From the NCBI GenBank assembly GCA_965223665.1, contig OZ245011.1:2400001-2464000 (forward strand): a stretch of 64,000 nt of DNA, read 5' to 3'. This document shows positions 9,329 through 18,500 of the stretch, in pieces. The position numbers and the translations under genes were made by a program. Numbering within the stretch: position 1 is the first letter of the stretch; every line of letters begins with the position of its first letter. This DNA is from Nitrospinaceae bacterium (GTDB taxonomy: Bacteria > Nitrospinota > Nitrospinia > Nitrospinales > Nitrospinaceae). Under the pieces are notes generated by a model. The model saw only the letters and a program-made list of their open reading frames with translations. It did no database searches and had not been told where the DNA came from.

Positions 9329-10833
9329 GGTTTGTTGGTTTTTGGAGGTGACTTTTTTATTTTTCTCTCAAACTGAAGAGCTTCTTCCATGATCTGATCT
9401 TCCAATTTCATGGCCTTTCCATTCGAACACTTTAAATCATTTAATAAAATCGAGAAGGCAAACTTCTCTCCGTCTTTGCTTTGAAAATAACCTGAAAGTG
9501 CGCTAACCCCATTTAAGGTTCCTGTTTTTACTCTTATCTTCTGAGCTTCCTTATTTCCAATCATTCTTTCTTCCACACTTCCATCTAATCCCATCACTCC
9601 CAACGCTGAAATAAATTCAGGGAAAATACTTAAATCATTGTAAGCATCCTCTAAAACCCGAACTATTTGATTTGCCGTTAATCGATTTTTTCGAGAAAGC
9701 CCAGAACCTCCCACAATCTCAAATTGATCCGAAGAAATTCCTAGACTTTGTAAATATTCATGTAAAAACCGAACTCCATTTTTTGTGGTTCCCGGTGGAC
9801 CAAAATATTCTGCAGCAAGGACTCTTAAAATTTGTTCCGCCATAAAATTATTACTGAATTTATTTAGACCACGCAAAATTTCTGCTAAGGGCTGAGACTC
9901 ATGCTCTAATAATAATTTATGTAATTTTGGCAGACTCCCTCTTTTAATTTTTCCTTTAATTTCTACACCTGCTCGTTTTAAAAAATCCTTAAACACATTC
10001 AACGTATACCATTGTGGGTCGGTTACATTTAGGTAATATTTTTTACGTGCCACTCTTTTAGGTATCTTTCCTGCCACTACCAATTCATCATAATTTTTAT
10101 GAGGCAGGCGGTTTACAATCAAATCACTCTTATAACCTCTTTTCGAAGTAACCGCCGTATTGGTTACTTGAATATAGGGGCTAGGAGGATCCACAATAAC
10201 TAAGGGAGGTTTCCCTAATTTTTTATTAGGTGCAATATGTACGGTAATGGTATTAAAGTTAAAAGCCAAAGCTCCTATTGGTGCTAGATAAGCATCAGCC
10301 CCTTTATAGCTTCCCCAATTAGGGAGAGGACCCTGGCCCAAAAAATAACTGTTATCTGCAATAATATTCCCAATCACTTTCTTTATAGGATAATTTTTCA
10401 ACTCATTAACCAAGATCCACATCTGTTCAGTTACCAAACTTGGATCTCCAAACCCTTTAATATATAGATTTCCTCTTAGAGTGGTCCCTTCAATATGGCC
10501 ATCTGTATATAGCCTTGTATAAAATCTATAATCCGGGCCTACCCTTTTTAATGCCGCAACAGAAGTTATAATTTTTAAATTTGAAGCTGGAATGAGTTTG
10601 CGATTACTATTAATTTCAAATAATGTTTCTTTTTGATCCAGGGAATAAAACTTTATACCAATTTTCGAGGTTTTATTACAGGAAGAAGCAAGAATTTTCT
10701 TCAGTTTATCGCGGAATTGAAAAACTGAATTTACTTTTTCGGCAGATTTGGTTTGGATTGGAACTAAAATCAAAATGCCTACAATAAAAAAGTAGGCAAA
10801 AATATTTTTTTGATTACAATGTTTAAAAATCAT
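9325..10833 (-). CDS. dacB: D-alanyl-D-alanine carboxypeptidase/endopeptidase (PBP4, S13)
   Basis: PASNLK (SxxK), SNN (SxN), KTGTL motifs, GFGDP, signal peptide. Confidence 0.93.
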   Translation of the reverse strand: MIFKHCNQKNIFAYFFIVGILILVPIQTKSAEKVNSVFQFRDKLKKILASSCNKTSKIGIKFYSLDQKETLFEINSNRKLIPASNLKIITSVAALKRVGPDYRFYTRLYTDGHIEGTTLRGNLYIKGFGDPSLVTEQMWILVNELKNYPIKKVIGNIIADNSYFLGQGPLPNWGSYKGADAYLAPIGALAFNFNTITVHIAPNKKLGKPPLVIVDPPSPYIQVTNTAVTSKRGYKSDLIVNRLPHKNYDELVVAGKIPKRVARKKYYLNVTDPQWYTLNVFKDFLKRAGVEIKGKIKRGSLPKLHKLLLEHESQPLAEILRGLNKFSNNFMAEQILRVLAAEYFGPPGTTKNGVRFLHEYLQSLGISSDQFEIVGGSGLSRKNRLTANQIVRVLEDAYNDLSIFPEFISALGVMGLDGSVEERMIGNKEAQKIRVKTGTLNGVSALSGYFQSKDGEKFAFSILLNDLKCSNGKAMKLEDQIMEEALQFERKIKKSPPKTNKP

Positions 10834-10971
10834 TTGGAATATTTATAAAACTTTAAAACTATATTTGTAATAAATTTCGAGAAAAAGAGCAAAAAAATCT
10901 AAATCCCTTAATTCAATCGGCGGATTTTTATTAATCTTTAAACATAATAGTTAATTCTTTAAAGGTGATTC

Positions 10972-11970
10972 ATGAATTATGATTTGGTTGGTATCGGAAA
11001 TGCCTTAGTGGATATTGAAGTTCAAGTGGAAGAAGATTTTATAAAAAAAAATAATCTTATAAAAGGTGGCATGACTCTATCCACCCCTGATGATCAAAAA
11101 AAAATCCTCGACGCTGTTTCTGACAAATCTCAAAAAATTGCTTCTGGCGGATCCGCCGCAAATACAATCCACGGTGTTGCTGCTCTGGGGGCCGGGGCCT
11201 ATTATTTAGGTCGAGTTGCCGACGACTCTTACGGAAAACATTATACAGAAGATATGAAGGAATGCGGAGTAGGATTTCCAGGAACCGATTCAGTCACAAA
11301 GGGAACAGGGACCTGCGTAATTTTAATTACTCCTGACAGTGAACGGACCATGTTGACCCATTTAGGGATTTCTTCCAAACTTCATTCTGACAATGTAGAT
11401 GAAACTATTGTTCGAAATTCTAAATTTATTTATATCGAGGGTTATCTCTGGACAGGAGACGATACGCGTCAAGCCGCTCTTACTATGGCTGAAATGGCTC
11501 AGACTGAGGGGATACCGGTTGCCTTTACACTAAGTGATGCCTTTATAGTCAACACATACAAAGATTCTGTTAAAGATTTTATTCAAGGTAAAGTGGATAT
11601 TTTATTTTGCAATGAGACTGAGGCTTTAGCTATGGCTGATGTAAATGAACCAGGTAAGGCTTTTGAAAGATTACAGGGTATGACTGAATATTTATTTATG
11701 ACTCGTGGAAGTGAAGGCGCCTGGGTGGGTAAAACAGGGCAATCGCGAATTCAGATCAATCCTTTTCAAGTCAAAGCCTTGGATACCACCGGTGCTGGAG
11801 ATTTGTTTGCTGCGGGATCCTTATACGGCTTACTAAATAATTTTAACTTGAAAGAAGCAGGGATACTTGGTTCCTATTGTGCTTCAGAAGTTATCACCCA
11901 CTTTGGTGGACGAATGCCTCCCCATTCCCACAAAGAAATGGACAAAATCCTGCAGATTTATTCAGATTAA
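10972..11970 (+). CDS. PfkB-family kinase (adenosine kinase-like)
   Basis: GIGNALVD, GGSAANT, DTTGAGDLFAAG PfkB signature. Confidence 0.9.
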   Translation: MNYDLVGIGNALVDIEVQVEEDFIKKNNLIKGGMTLSTPDDQKKILDAVSDKSQKIASGGSAANTIHGVAALGAGAYYLGRVADDSYGKHYTEDMKECGVGFPGTDSVTKGTGTCVILITPDSERTMLTHLGISSKLHSDNVDETIVRNSKFIYIEGYLWTGDDTRQAALTMAEMAQTEGIPVAFTLSDAFIVNTYKDSVKDFIQGKVDILFCNETEALAMADVNEPGKAFERLQGMTEYLFMTRGSEGAWVGKTGQSRIQINPFQVKALDTTGAGDLFAAGSLYGLLNNFNLKEAGILGSYCASEVITHFGGRMPPHSHKEMDKILQIYSD

Positions 11971-11976
11971 TTCAAA

Positions 11977-13023
11977 TCACTTAGAATTTTTAGGTAACAT
12001 TTCATTTTGATGATACTGAGTCCATAGGTCACAATGACTCCTTGCATAAGCCTCAAAACCCATAAGCCTTGGCTTCCATCTTTTTTTTAGTAAAAGATAA
12101 CATTCTTGCGCTACTGCATCATAATACTCACTCAACTTGTTATAAGGGTCCTTTGATTTTGACTTATTTAACATTTCTTTAAGAGAAATTTTTTTCAGAG
12201 CTGTTCGATTCGCCTTTTTGGAAGATAAATAATATTGAAAAATTTCTTTCATTTCCTTCCGGGATCCCTCTCGAAAACCATGCCCTGAAACATAAAAATC
12301 AAAATCGTAATTTAAGGCTTTTTTTATTCCAAAGACTTGCCCATATATATCTTTAGTAGCAAAAGATTTAAATGGTACCGTTCGAGGAACAGCAACATCT
12401 GTAAACATCAAAATTTTTTTCAAAGGAAGATAAATTATTATATTTCCCTCTCCATGACCTGGACCCGGATATATCAACTGAATTCTTTCTTCGCCAAGCT
12501 CTAAATTATAGGATGCTCCAAAAGCAATATGAGGCAAAGGCCTATTAGAGTCCCGATAACGCCCTAACTCCTGATGGACTCTACGTTGAGCTATAACTTG
12601 AACTCCATTGTTAAATAAGTGAGCATCTCCTATATGACTAATATGGGAATGCGAGTAGATCATGAATTTTATAGGTTGTTGAGTCACCTCACTCACTGCT
12701 TGTTTTAGTTTCTTTCCCAACCCTTTTAATGGATCTATGACCACCACACCTTCCTTAGTTACAATAAACATAGTGTTTAAGTGACCATCAGAAAAAAAAT
12801 AAACATTTTCAGCTAACGGTTTCAAAAAAAAACCTTTGGGAGGTAAAGAGGGGACTGTCTCATAAAATCCATCTAATGGCGAATTTTGAGTATTTTGTCT
12901 TTTCTTTTCTTCTGAAACATTTGACGACTCGCCTTCGGGAACCCAGGGTTCCTTCAAGCATCCATTTAAAGGCCCAAAACACAAAAATATAGAGAATAAA
13001 GCACAAATTTTATTTTTTTTCAT
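11977..13023 (-). CDS. MBL-fold metallohydrolase lipoprotein
   Basis: Encoded on the minus strand (reverse complement of 11977-12018 gives ...QNEMLPKNSK*; the track's + label is wrong). ATG at 13023 gives a lipoprotein signal ending LNG-C. VVIDP, YSHSHISH, GPGH, FTD, SGHG MBL motifs. Confidence 0.85.
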   Translation of the reverse strand: MKKNKICALFSIFLCFGPLNGCLKEPWVPEGESSNVSEEKKRQNTQNSPLDGFYETVPSLPPKGFFLKPLAENVYFFSDGHLNTMFIVTKEGVVVIDPLKGLGKKLKQAVSEVTQQPIKFMIYSHSHISHIGDAHLFNNGVQVIAQRRVHQELGRYRDSNRPLPHIAFGASYNLELGEERIQLIYPGPGHGEGNIIIYLPLKKILMFTDVAVPRTVPFKSFATKDIYGQVFGIKKALNYDFDFYVSGHGFREGSRKEMKEIFQYYLSSKKANRTALKKISLKEMLNKSKSKDPYNKLSEYYDAVAQECYLLLKKRWKPRLMGFEAYARSHCDLWTQYHQNEMLPKNSK

Positions 13024-13145
13024 GATATCGAAATTCAAATTACACTTTTTATTTAGGTTTTGGTAAACTGTCCTTTAAAAAGGCCTTAATTTAGTTTTAT
13101 TTATAACATCTGATTATTAATCAAATTGTAATTTTGGAGGAACCC

Positions 13146-13484
13146 ATGCTCCGTCCCAATTATTTATTAATTGTTGCGATTTTGTTTGCCGCTCTGGTTG
13201 GCTGCTCATCTGTTGGCAAAAATTTCAACACTTCAAAAGTTAGGGATATTGAAAACAATGTCACCACCCAAACTCATATTCTGGATTGGTTTGGAGTTCC
13301 CTATATTGAAGGAGTGAATAATGGAGATGTTATGTGGACTTATCAATTCGACACCTACAATTCCTTAGGTAAAGAAAAATCCAAAGACCTCGTTATCTTA
13401 TTTGATACAAACAACGTGGTCAAGGCTTACCGATTTAGTTCCAACATTAAAAACGATATGGAAGGTTCTCCTACCATTCAATAA
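13146..13484 (+). CDS. SmpA/OmlA (BamE-like) lipoprotein
   Basis: GGAGG RBS at 13136-13140 favours ATG 13146. Lipobox LVG-C. T...IL..FG.P...W.Y...L.I.FD..VV pattern. Confidence 0.75.
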   Translation: MLRPNYLLIVAILFAALVGCSSVGKNFNTSKVRDIENNVTTQTHILDWFGVPYIEGVNNGDVMWTYQFDTYNSLGKEKSKDLVILFDTNNVVKAYRFSSNIKNDMEGSPTIQ

Positions 13485-13598
13485 GATTTATCAAAAAATT
13501 AAATGAAACTTTGCTTTTTTACTCATCAACTTTGAGGCAGCGGATTTAATTCAAACCCAAGAGTTATTTAATATATCTCAAAGTCCGACTCCGCTAGC

Positions 13599-14246
13599 AT
13601 GAAAGACTCCATCAAATTAATTGTTTATGATTTTGATGGGACCCTTGTCGATACTAAAATAGACATTGCGATTTCGGTAAATTGTGTTCTTGAGGAACTT
13701 GCCCTTCCTTCCTTACCTCAAGAAACCATATTCAATTATGTCGGCCGTGGCGTCCACAACTTAATGACTCAGTCTCTTAAGGGAACCGGTTTTACCAATA
13801 CCCCGTTGGCCATAGAACTGTTTATGAATCATTATGAAAAGCATTTAATGGATAACACTGATTTTTTTCCAAACTGCCGTGACATAATCCATACATTTTC
13901 TCACAAAAAGCAGGCCATATTGTCCAACAAACCTTCTAAATTTATAAAAGCTATTCTTAAAAATTTGAACTGCTTAGACCCATTTTGTCAGATATTAGGT
14001 GGAGACTCTTTTGAAAACAAAAAGCCTGATCCCCAGGGTTTGATTTATTTAATGAATAATTTCAATTTTTCCAGCAGAAATCTTATTATGGTAGGCGATA
14101 GTTTAGTGGATATAGAAACCGCAAAAAGAGCGGGTGTCCCGGTGTGTGCCGTCACCTATGGTCACGCAACTCGGGAAATCCTGAAGACCGCTAATCCTAA
14201 TTGGATAGTTGATGATTTACTCGAACTTAAAAAATTACTTACCTAA
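13599..14246 (+). CDS. HAD-IA hydrolase (phosphoglycolate phosphatase-like)
   Basis: DFDGTLVDT, LSNK, KKPDP, MVGDSLVD motifs. Confidence 0.9.
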   Translation: MKDSIKLIVYDFDGTLVDTKIDIAISVNCVLEELALPSLPQETIFNYVGRGVHNLMTQSLKGTGFTNTPLAIELFMNHYEKHLMDNTDFFPNCRDIIHTFSHKKQAILSNKPSKFIKAILKNLNCLDPFCQILGGDSFENKKPDPQGLIYLMNNFNFSSRNLIMVGDSLVDIETAKRAGVPVCAVTYGHATREILKTANPNWIVDDLLELKKLLT

Positions 14247-14260
14247 AACCACCACTTTCC

Positions 14261-14289
14261 TTGACATATTGGAGGGGAGTTTCTACAAT
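14261..14289 (+). promoter_or_regulatory. Sigma70-type promoter of mpl
   Basis: TTGACA-N17-TACAAT, ending 10 nt before ATG 14300. The track's TTG start is the -35 box. Confidence 0.7.
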
Positions 14290-14299
14290 TTCCCCTCTC

Positions 14300-15703
14300 A
14301 TGAAATCTGAAAACATTAAAAACATTTACATTATTGCCATTTGTGGCACCGGGATGGCTTCGTTAGCGGGATTATTAAAAAAGGCCGGCTTCAATGTTTC
14401 CGGGTCGGATACTAATATTTATCCTCCCATGAGCACCCTTTTACAAAATGAAGAAATTTCAATTTTACCTGGTTATAAAAAATCCAATATAACTTCCAAC
14501 CTCGATTTAGTAATCATTGGAAATGCAGTATCCAAAGATAATGAAGAAGTTATTGCGGTTCAAAAATCTGGTATTCCATATATTTCTTTTCCGCAAGCCC
14601 TTGCCCGTTTTTTTCTTGAAGGAAGAAAATCACTGGTTGTAACGGGAACCCATGGGAAAACCACAACCACATCTTTACTTAGTTGGGTATTTCATGCAAC
14701 CCAACAAAAGCCTGGATTTTTAGTAGGAGGATGGCTTAAGAATTTTGATTCTAACCACCAAATTCCGCAGGGAAATTTTTTTATTACAGAAGGTGATGAA
14801 TACGATACAGCTTTCTTTGATAAAGGCCCTAAGTTTCTTCATTATCAACCCTACGCAGCCATATTAACTAGTGTAGAGTTCGATCATGCTGATATTTACA
14901 GAGATTTAGACCATATCAAAGATGCCTTCAGAAAATTTGTAGCACTTATTGACCCAAAGGGTTTTCTTTTAATTGATTTTTCTGACAAAAATGTCAAAGA
15001 TGTCCTTATCAACGCCAGATGTGAAATAGAATCCTATGGGTTTTCTCCTAAAGCCGATTGGTCCATCAGAAACTATCATTACAAATCCGGGCACGGAAAT
15101 TTTGATTTAAACCATCATGGCAAAAAAGTAGCGACCTTTAATTTACCTATGGTGGGTAAACATAATGCTATGAATTCGGCTGCTGTTATTGCCATCGCCA
15201 TAAAATGTGGAATACCTGCATCTCAGGTGGTAGAAGCACTAAAAAGTTTTAAGGGGATAAAACGGCGCCAAGAAATTGTAGGTGAAAAAAATGGGGTTAT
15301 GGTTATTGATGATTTTGCACATCACCCTACAGCCATACATTTAACCTTAGAAGCTATTAAAGACGCTTGGCCAGAACATAGAATTTGGGCTGTATTTGAA
15401 CCTCGATCTGCTACTTCACGACGTAATATTTTTCAAAAGGAGTTACCTACTAGTTTTCAATTAGCAGATTGCACCCTGATAGCTCAACTATACGCTCCGG
15501 ATAAAATTCCAGAAGAAGATCGTTTAGATTTAACTCAGGTAGTTAATTCCATAAATCTTGAGGGCGGGAACGCTCATTTACTGCCAAATACGGATGCTAT
15601 TATTGATTTTATTGTAAAAAATAATGAATCAAGAGATGTAATCGTAGTAATGTCTTCCGGCGGATTTGATGGCATCCATCACAAGCTTTTAGGCCGACTT
15701 TGA
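14300..15703 (+). CDS. mpl: UDP-MurNAc:L-Ala-gamma-D-Glu-meso-DAP ligase
   Basis: IAICGTGM, GSDTNIYPPMS, GTHGKTTT, EGDEYDTAFFDKGPKFLHY, DDFAHHPTAI, EPRS, MSSGGFDGIH. Confidence 0.93.
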   Translation: MKSENIKNIYIIAICGTGMASLAGLLKKAGFNVSGSDTNIYPPMSTLLQNEEISILPGYKKSNITSNLDLVIIGNAVSKDNEEVIAVQKSGIPYISFPQALARFFLEGRKSLVVTGTHGKTTTTSLLSWVFHATQQKPGFLVGGWLKNFDSNHQIPQGNFFITEGDEYDTAFFDKGPKFLHYQPYAAILTSVEFDHADIYRDLDHIKDAFRKFVALIDPKGFLLIDFSDKNVKDVLINARCEIESYGFSPKADWSIRNYHYKSGHGNFDLNHHGKKVATFNLPMVGKHNAMNSAAVIAIAIKCGIPASQVVEALKSFKGIKRRQEIVGEKNGVMVIDDFAHHPTAIHLTLEAIKDAWPEHRIWAVFEPRSATSRRNIFQKELPTSFQLADCTLIAQLYAPDKIPEEDRLDLTQVVNSINLEGGNAHLLPNTDAIIDFIVKNNESRDVIVVMSSGGFDGIHHKLLGRL

Positions 15704-16833
15704 TATTGAGAATGAAAACTTTAGGACAGTTAAAACTAGAATTAATGAATAAAGGAGTCATCCTAACGGAAGAAGCACGTCAACATCCAGAAGTTTCCAA
15801 GGGGTTGATTAAATTAGGAAAACGTGAGGAGATTGTATTTTCACTCAGTGAGGATTTTTTTGTAAGAACTTTCGTTCTTGCATCCGGAAAACGCAGTCCA
15901 ACCGTCAAAATTCAAAAAGAAAAACTTTTTCTAGATAATTCGACTGAGTCACTAGAAATTAGCATTATTCCGCCCCCACATTTTATTGAGGAAAAAGATA
16001 AAAATCGTAACCCAATCTCTTCCAACATTAAATTGGATGGATATTGTCTAAATCTATATTTAAGGTTATTTGGCAGAAATAAAACCATCAATATGGGATT
16101 TGAAGGAGCCCTCTCAATTATTCGGTCAGCTTTTGAAGAAGGAGTTGCAGATTTAATCCAAATAAATATGGATTTTTGTGAGGACAAGGACCGAGGGTTT
16201 CAACACATTGCTCCCTTAATCAAATTAATTAAAAAAAATTTTCGAACCTTTGTCGCGCTTCGCGGGTTCCCTCCAGAAGACATGGGAACAATTGATAATA
16301 TTTATGCTGCAGGAGTTGATTTATTAGTATTTCCTTTGGATGGATTTTCTATTCATTCTCCTACTAAAAAAAGAATTCCCGCATTAATTAACTTAGAGGC
16401 ACTTGAATATGCCTCAGGTGTCTTTCCCCAAGGAACTGTTTCTACTGAGCTTACTCTTAACGTAGACTCCCCGGATTTTATTAAGGAAAAAATTAGTGAA
16501 ATTAGCTCCAAAGGTATTTTACCTATTCTCCAGCTTCCCCAAACGGGACTCAAGGATCAGGAAAATTTTAAACCCATCCAAGATATTATTGCCCACCTGG
16601 AACAAACGGCAAAAATGAACAAATTAAATTTAAAATGGATGTACCCTTCTGCCGACAAAGTCTCTGCTCTTGATGGTGTTTTTTTTCTTCAAAACCCTAA
16701 TGAAGCTAAATTGGTTCAAAAACCCATATATAAAACTACACTGGGTAAAACGGCTACTGAAGGGTTCACAGCGCTACGCCGTAAACTCCGTGTAAAAAAC
16801 ATTAGTGATTCATATGAATCTGCAGGTTTATAA
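15700..16833 (+). CDS. Radical-SAM-fold protein lacking the CxxxCxxC motif
   Basis: Long ORF coupled to mpl (alternative ATG 15712). LKLELMNKGV N-terminus and barrel-like core resemble an uncharacterised radical SAM family, but only two Cys are present. Confidence 0.55.
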   Translation: MILRMKTLGQLKLELMNKGVILTEEARQHPEVSKGLIKLGKREEIVFSLSEDFFVRTFVLASGKRSPTVKIQKEKLFLDNSTESLEISIIPPPHFIEEKDKNRNPISSNIKLDGYCLNLYLRLFGRNKTINMGFEGALSIIRSAFEEGVADLIQINMDFCEDKDRGFQHIAPLIKLIKKNFRTFVALRGFPPEDMGTIDNIYAAGVDLLVFPLDGFSIHSPTKKRIPALINLEALEYASGVFPQGTVSTELTLNVDSPDFIKEKISEISSKGILPILQLPQTGLKDQENFKPIQDIIAHLEQTAKMNKLNLKWMYPSADKVSALDGVFFLQNPNEAKLVQKPIYKTTLGKTATEGFTALRRKLRVKNISDSYESAGL

Positions 16834-16891
16834 TAGAGCAATGTAAGGTAATTGTTATATCATCGACTAATTATTGAAAGTTTAATCACCG

Positions 16892-17812
16892 ATGAATGAA
16901 AAAACCATGGACTTTGTTCCAAGAAACCCTATTCCTGAAAATTCCGAAGTATTCCGGACACCCGAAGTTCCCTTAACCCAACTTCATACCTTGTGGTTGC
17001 AGGTAGGAGGTACCCTATGCAACTTAGCTTGCACTCATTGTTTTATTAGTTGCCATCCTGAAAATCATAATATTCCAATGATGTCACTGGATCAAGTTCG
17101 GTATCATTTAAAGGATTCGAAAGAATTGGGAGTTGAAGATTACTATATTACTGGCGGGGAAGTTTTTTTAAACCCTGAAATTTTTGAAATACTCGAAGCC
17201 ATTCTTGAGTTTGGCCCTTGCCATGTTCTTACCAATGGTCTCCCTCTAACGGAAAATAAAGTAGCTCGGTTGAAAGAAATTCAATCGAAATCCATTCATT
17301 CATTATTTTTTAGAGTAAGTTTGGACAGTTTAGACGAAACAGATAATGATGCTGTTAGGGGAAAAAATTCTTATCGACTTGCAATGGCAGGTATTCGAAA
17401 TTTGGCAAAAGCGGGTTTTTCGACACATCTGACAATGGTCCGAAGTTGGGATGATGAGGACGATGCAAAATGGGAAAACTTAGCCAAAAAGTTTCTAAGC
17501 GATAATGGTGTCCCTAATCCACAAGTCAAGTTTTTGCCAGGATTCCTGATGGGTGAACTGGCAGAAAATGCACGTTCTTACCATCCAAATGAACGAGTAA
17601 CTGAAAAATGTTTTGAAAATTGGCCTATCACCAATCTACAATGCGCTACATCACGTATGGCTACTGCTCAAGGAGTTTATGTTTGTCCAATTTTAGTGGA
17701 GGAAGATTCCGCTAAACTAGGGCAATCCCTCAAAGAAGCGTTAAATCCTTATCCCCTGAAACATTCAGCCTGTTACACCTGTCGCATCTCGGGAATGTCT
17801 TGTTCAAGTTGA
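16892..17812 (+). CDS. Radical SAM protein
   Basis: CNLACTHC motif, ITGGE, LTNG, VSLDS. C-terminal Cys cluster (C...CP...CYTC). Confidence 0.9.
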   Translation: MNEKTMDFVPRNPIPENSEVFRTPEVPLTQLHTLWLQVGGTLCNLACTHCFISCHPENHNIPMMSLDQVRYHLKDSKELGVEDYYITGGEVFLNPEIFEILEAILEFGPCHVLTNGLPLTENKVARLKEIQSKSIHSLFFRVSLDSLDETDNDAVRGKNSYRLAMAGIRNLAKAGFSTHLTMVRSWDDEDDAKWENLAKKFLSDNGVPNPQVKFLPGFLMGELAENARSYHPNERVTEKCFENWPITNLQCATSRMATAQGVYVCPILVEEDSAKLGQSLKEALNPYPLKHSACYTCRISGMSCSS

Positions 17813-17934
17813 CCCCCACAAGTTTTTATTTCTATTGAGTCCCTCAGTTTGACATGTTAGCATTTTAGCGAATTATAAAAGTTACCAACTTCCCGTAGAC
17901 TCTTTTCATTGAAAATAATTTGAGGAAAGATTAA

Positions 17935-18483
17935 ATGGCACTTACTTATTCCACTGACTTCCCCCTTGGAACCAAGGCTCCAAAATTTAATTTAAAAGGA
18001 ATCGATGGGAAATTTTACAGCTTAGATAACTTTAAAAAGGCCCGAGGACTTCTTGTTATTTTTATTTGCAATCATTGCCCATATGTAAAAGCAACCATCC
18101 AAAGATTCATTCATATACAAAGGGATTTTTCTGGTCAAGGAATTCAACTAGTGGGAATCAGTTCCAATAATGCTATCAAATACCCCGAAGATTCATTTGC
18201 AAACATGAAAAAATTTTCTGAGGAAGAAGGCTTTAACTTTCCATATCTCTATGATGAAACCCAAGAAGTGGCAAAAGCTTATGACGCAGTTTGCACTCCA
18301 GATATATACCTCTTTAATTCTAACCTTGAATTAATTTATCATGGCCGCCTGGATGACAATTGGGAATACCCTGATAAAGTTGAAGATAACAGTCTGAGAA
18401 ATGCTATTGAAGAATACTTATCCAATGGGGAAATAAATGGTAAACAGTTTCCTGCTATGGGCTGTTCAATTAAGTGGAAATAA
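17935..18483 (+). CDS. Thioredoxin-fold AhpC/TSA-family protein
   Basis: FICNHCPYV, YPEDS, YLYDETQEVAKAYDAVCTPD, GCSIKWK. Confidence 0.9.
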   Translation: MALTYSTDFPLGTKAPKFNLKGIDGKFYSLDNFKKARGLLVIFICNHCPYVKATIQRFIHIQRDFSGQGIQLVGISSNNAIKYPEDSFANMKKFSEEEGFNFPYLYDETQEVAKAYDAVCTPDIYLFNSNLELIYHGRLDDNWEYPDKVEDNSLRNAIEEYLSNGEINGKQFPAMGCSIKWK

Positions 18484-18500
18484 TTTAACAAAATAAAAAA

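Noticed and set aside
14261-14299. N-terminal extension of Mpl from TTG 14261
   Set aside because: The TTG is part of a TTGACA -35 box and the extension is not Mpl-like.
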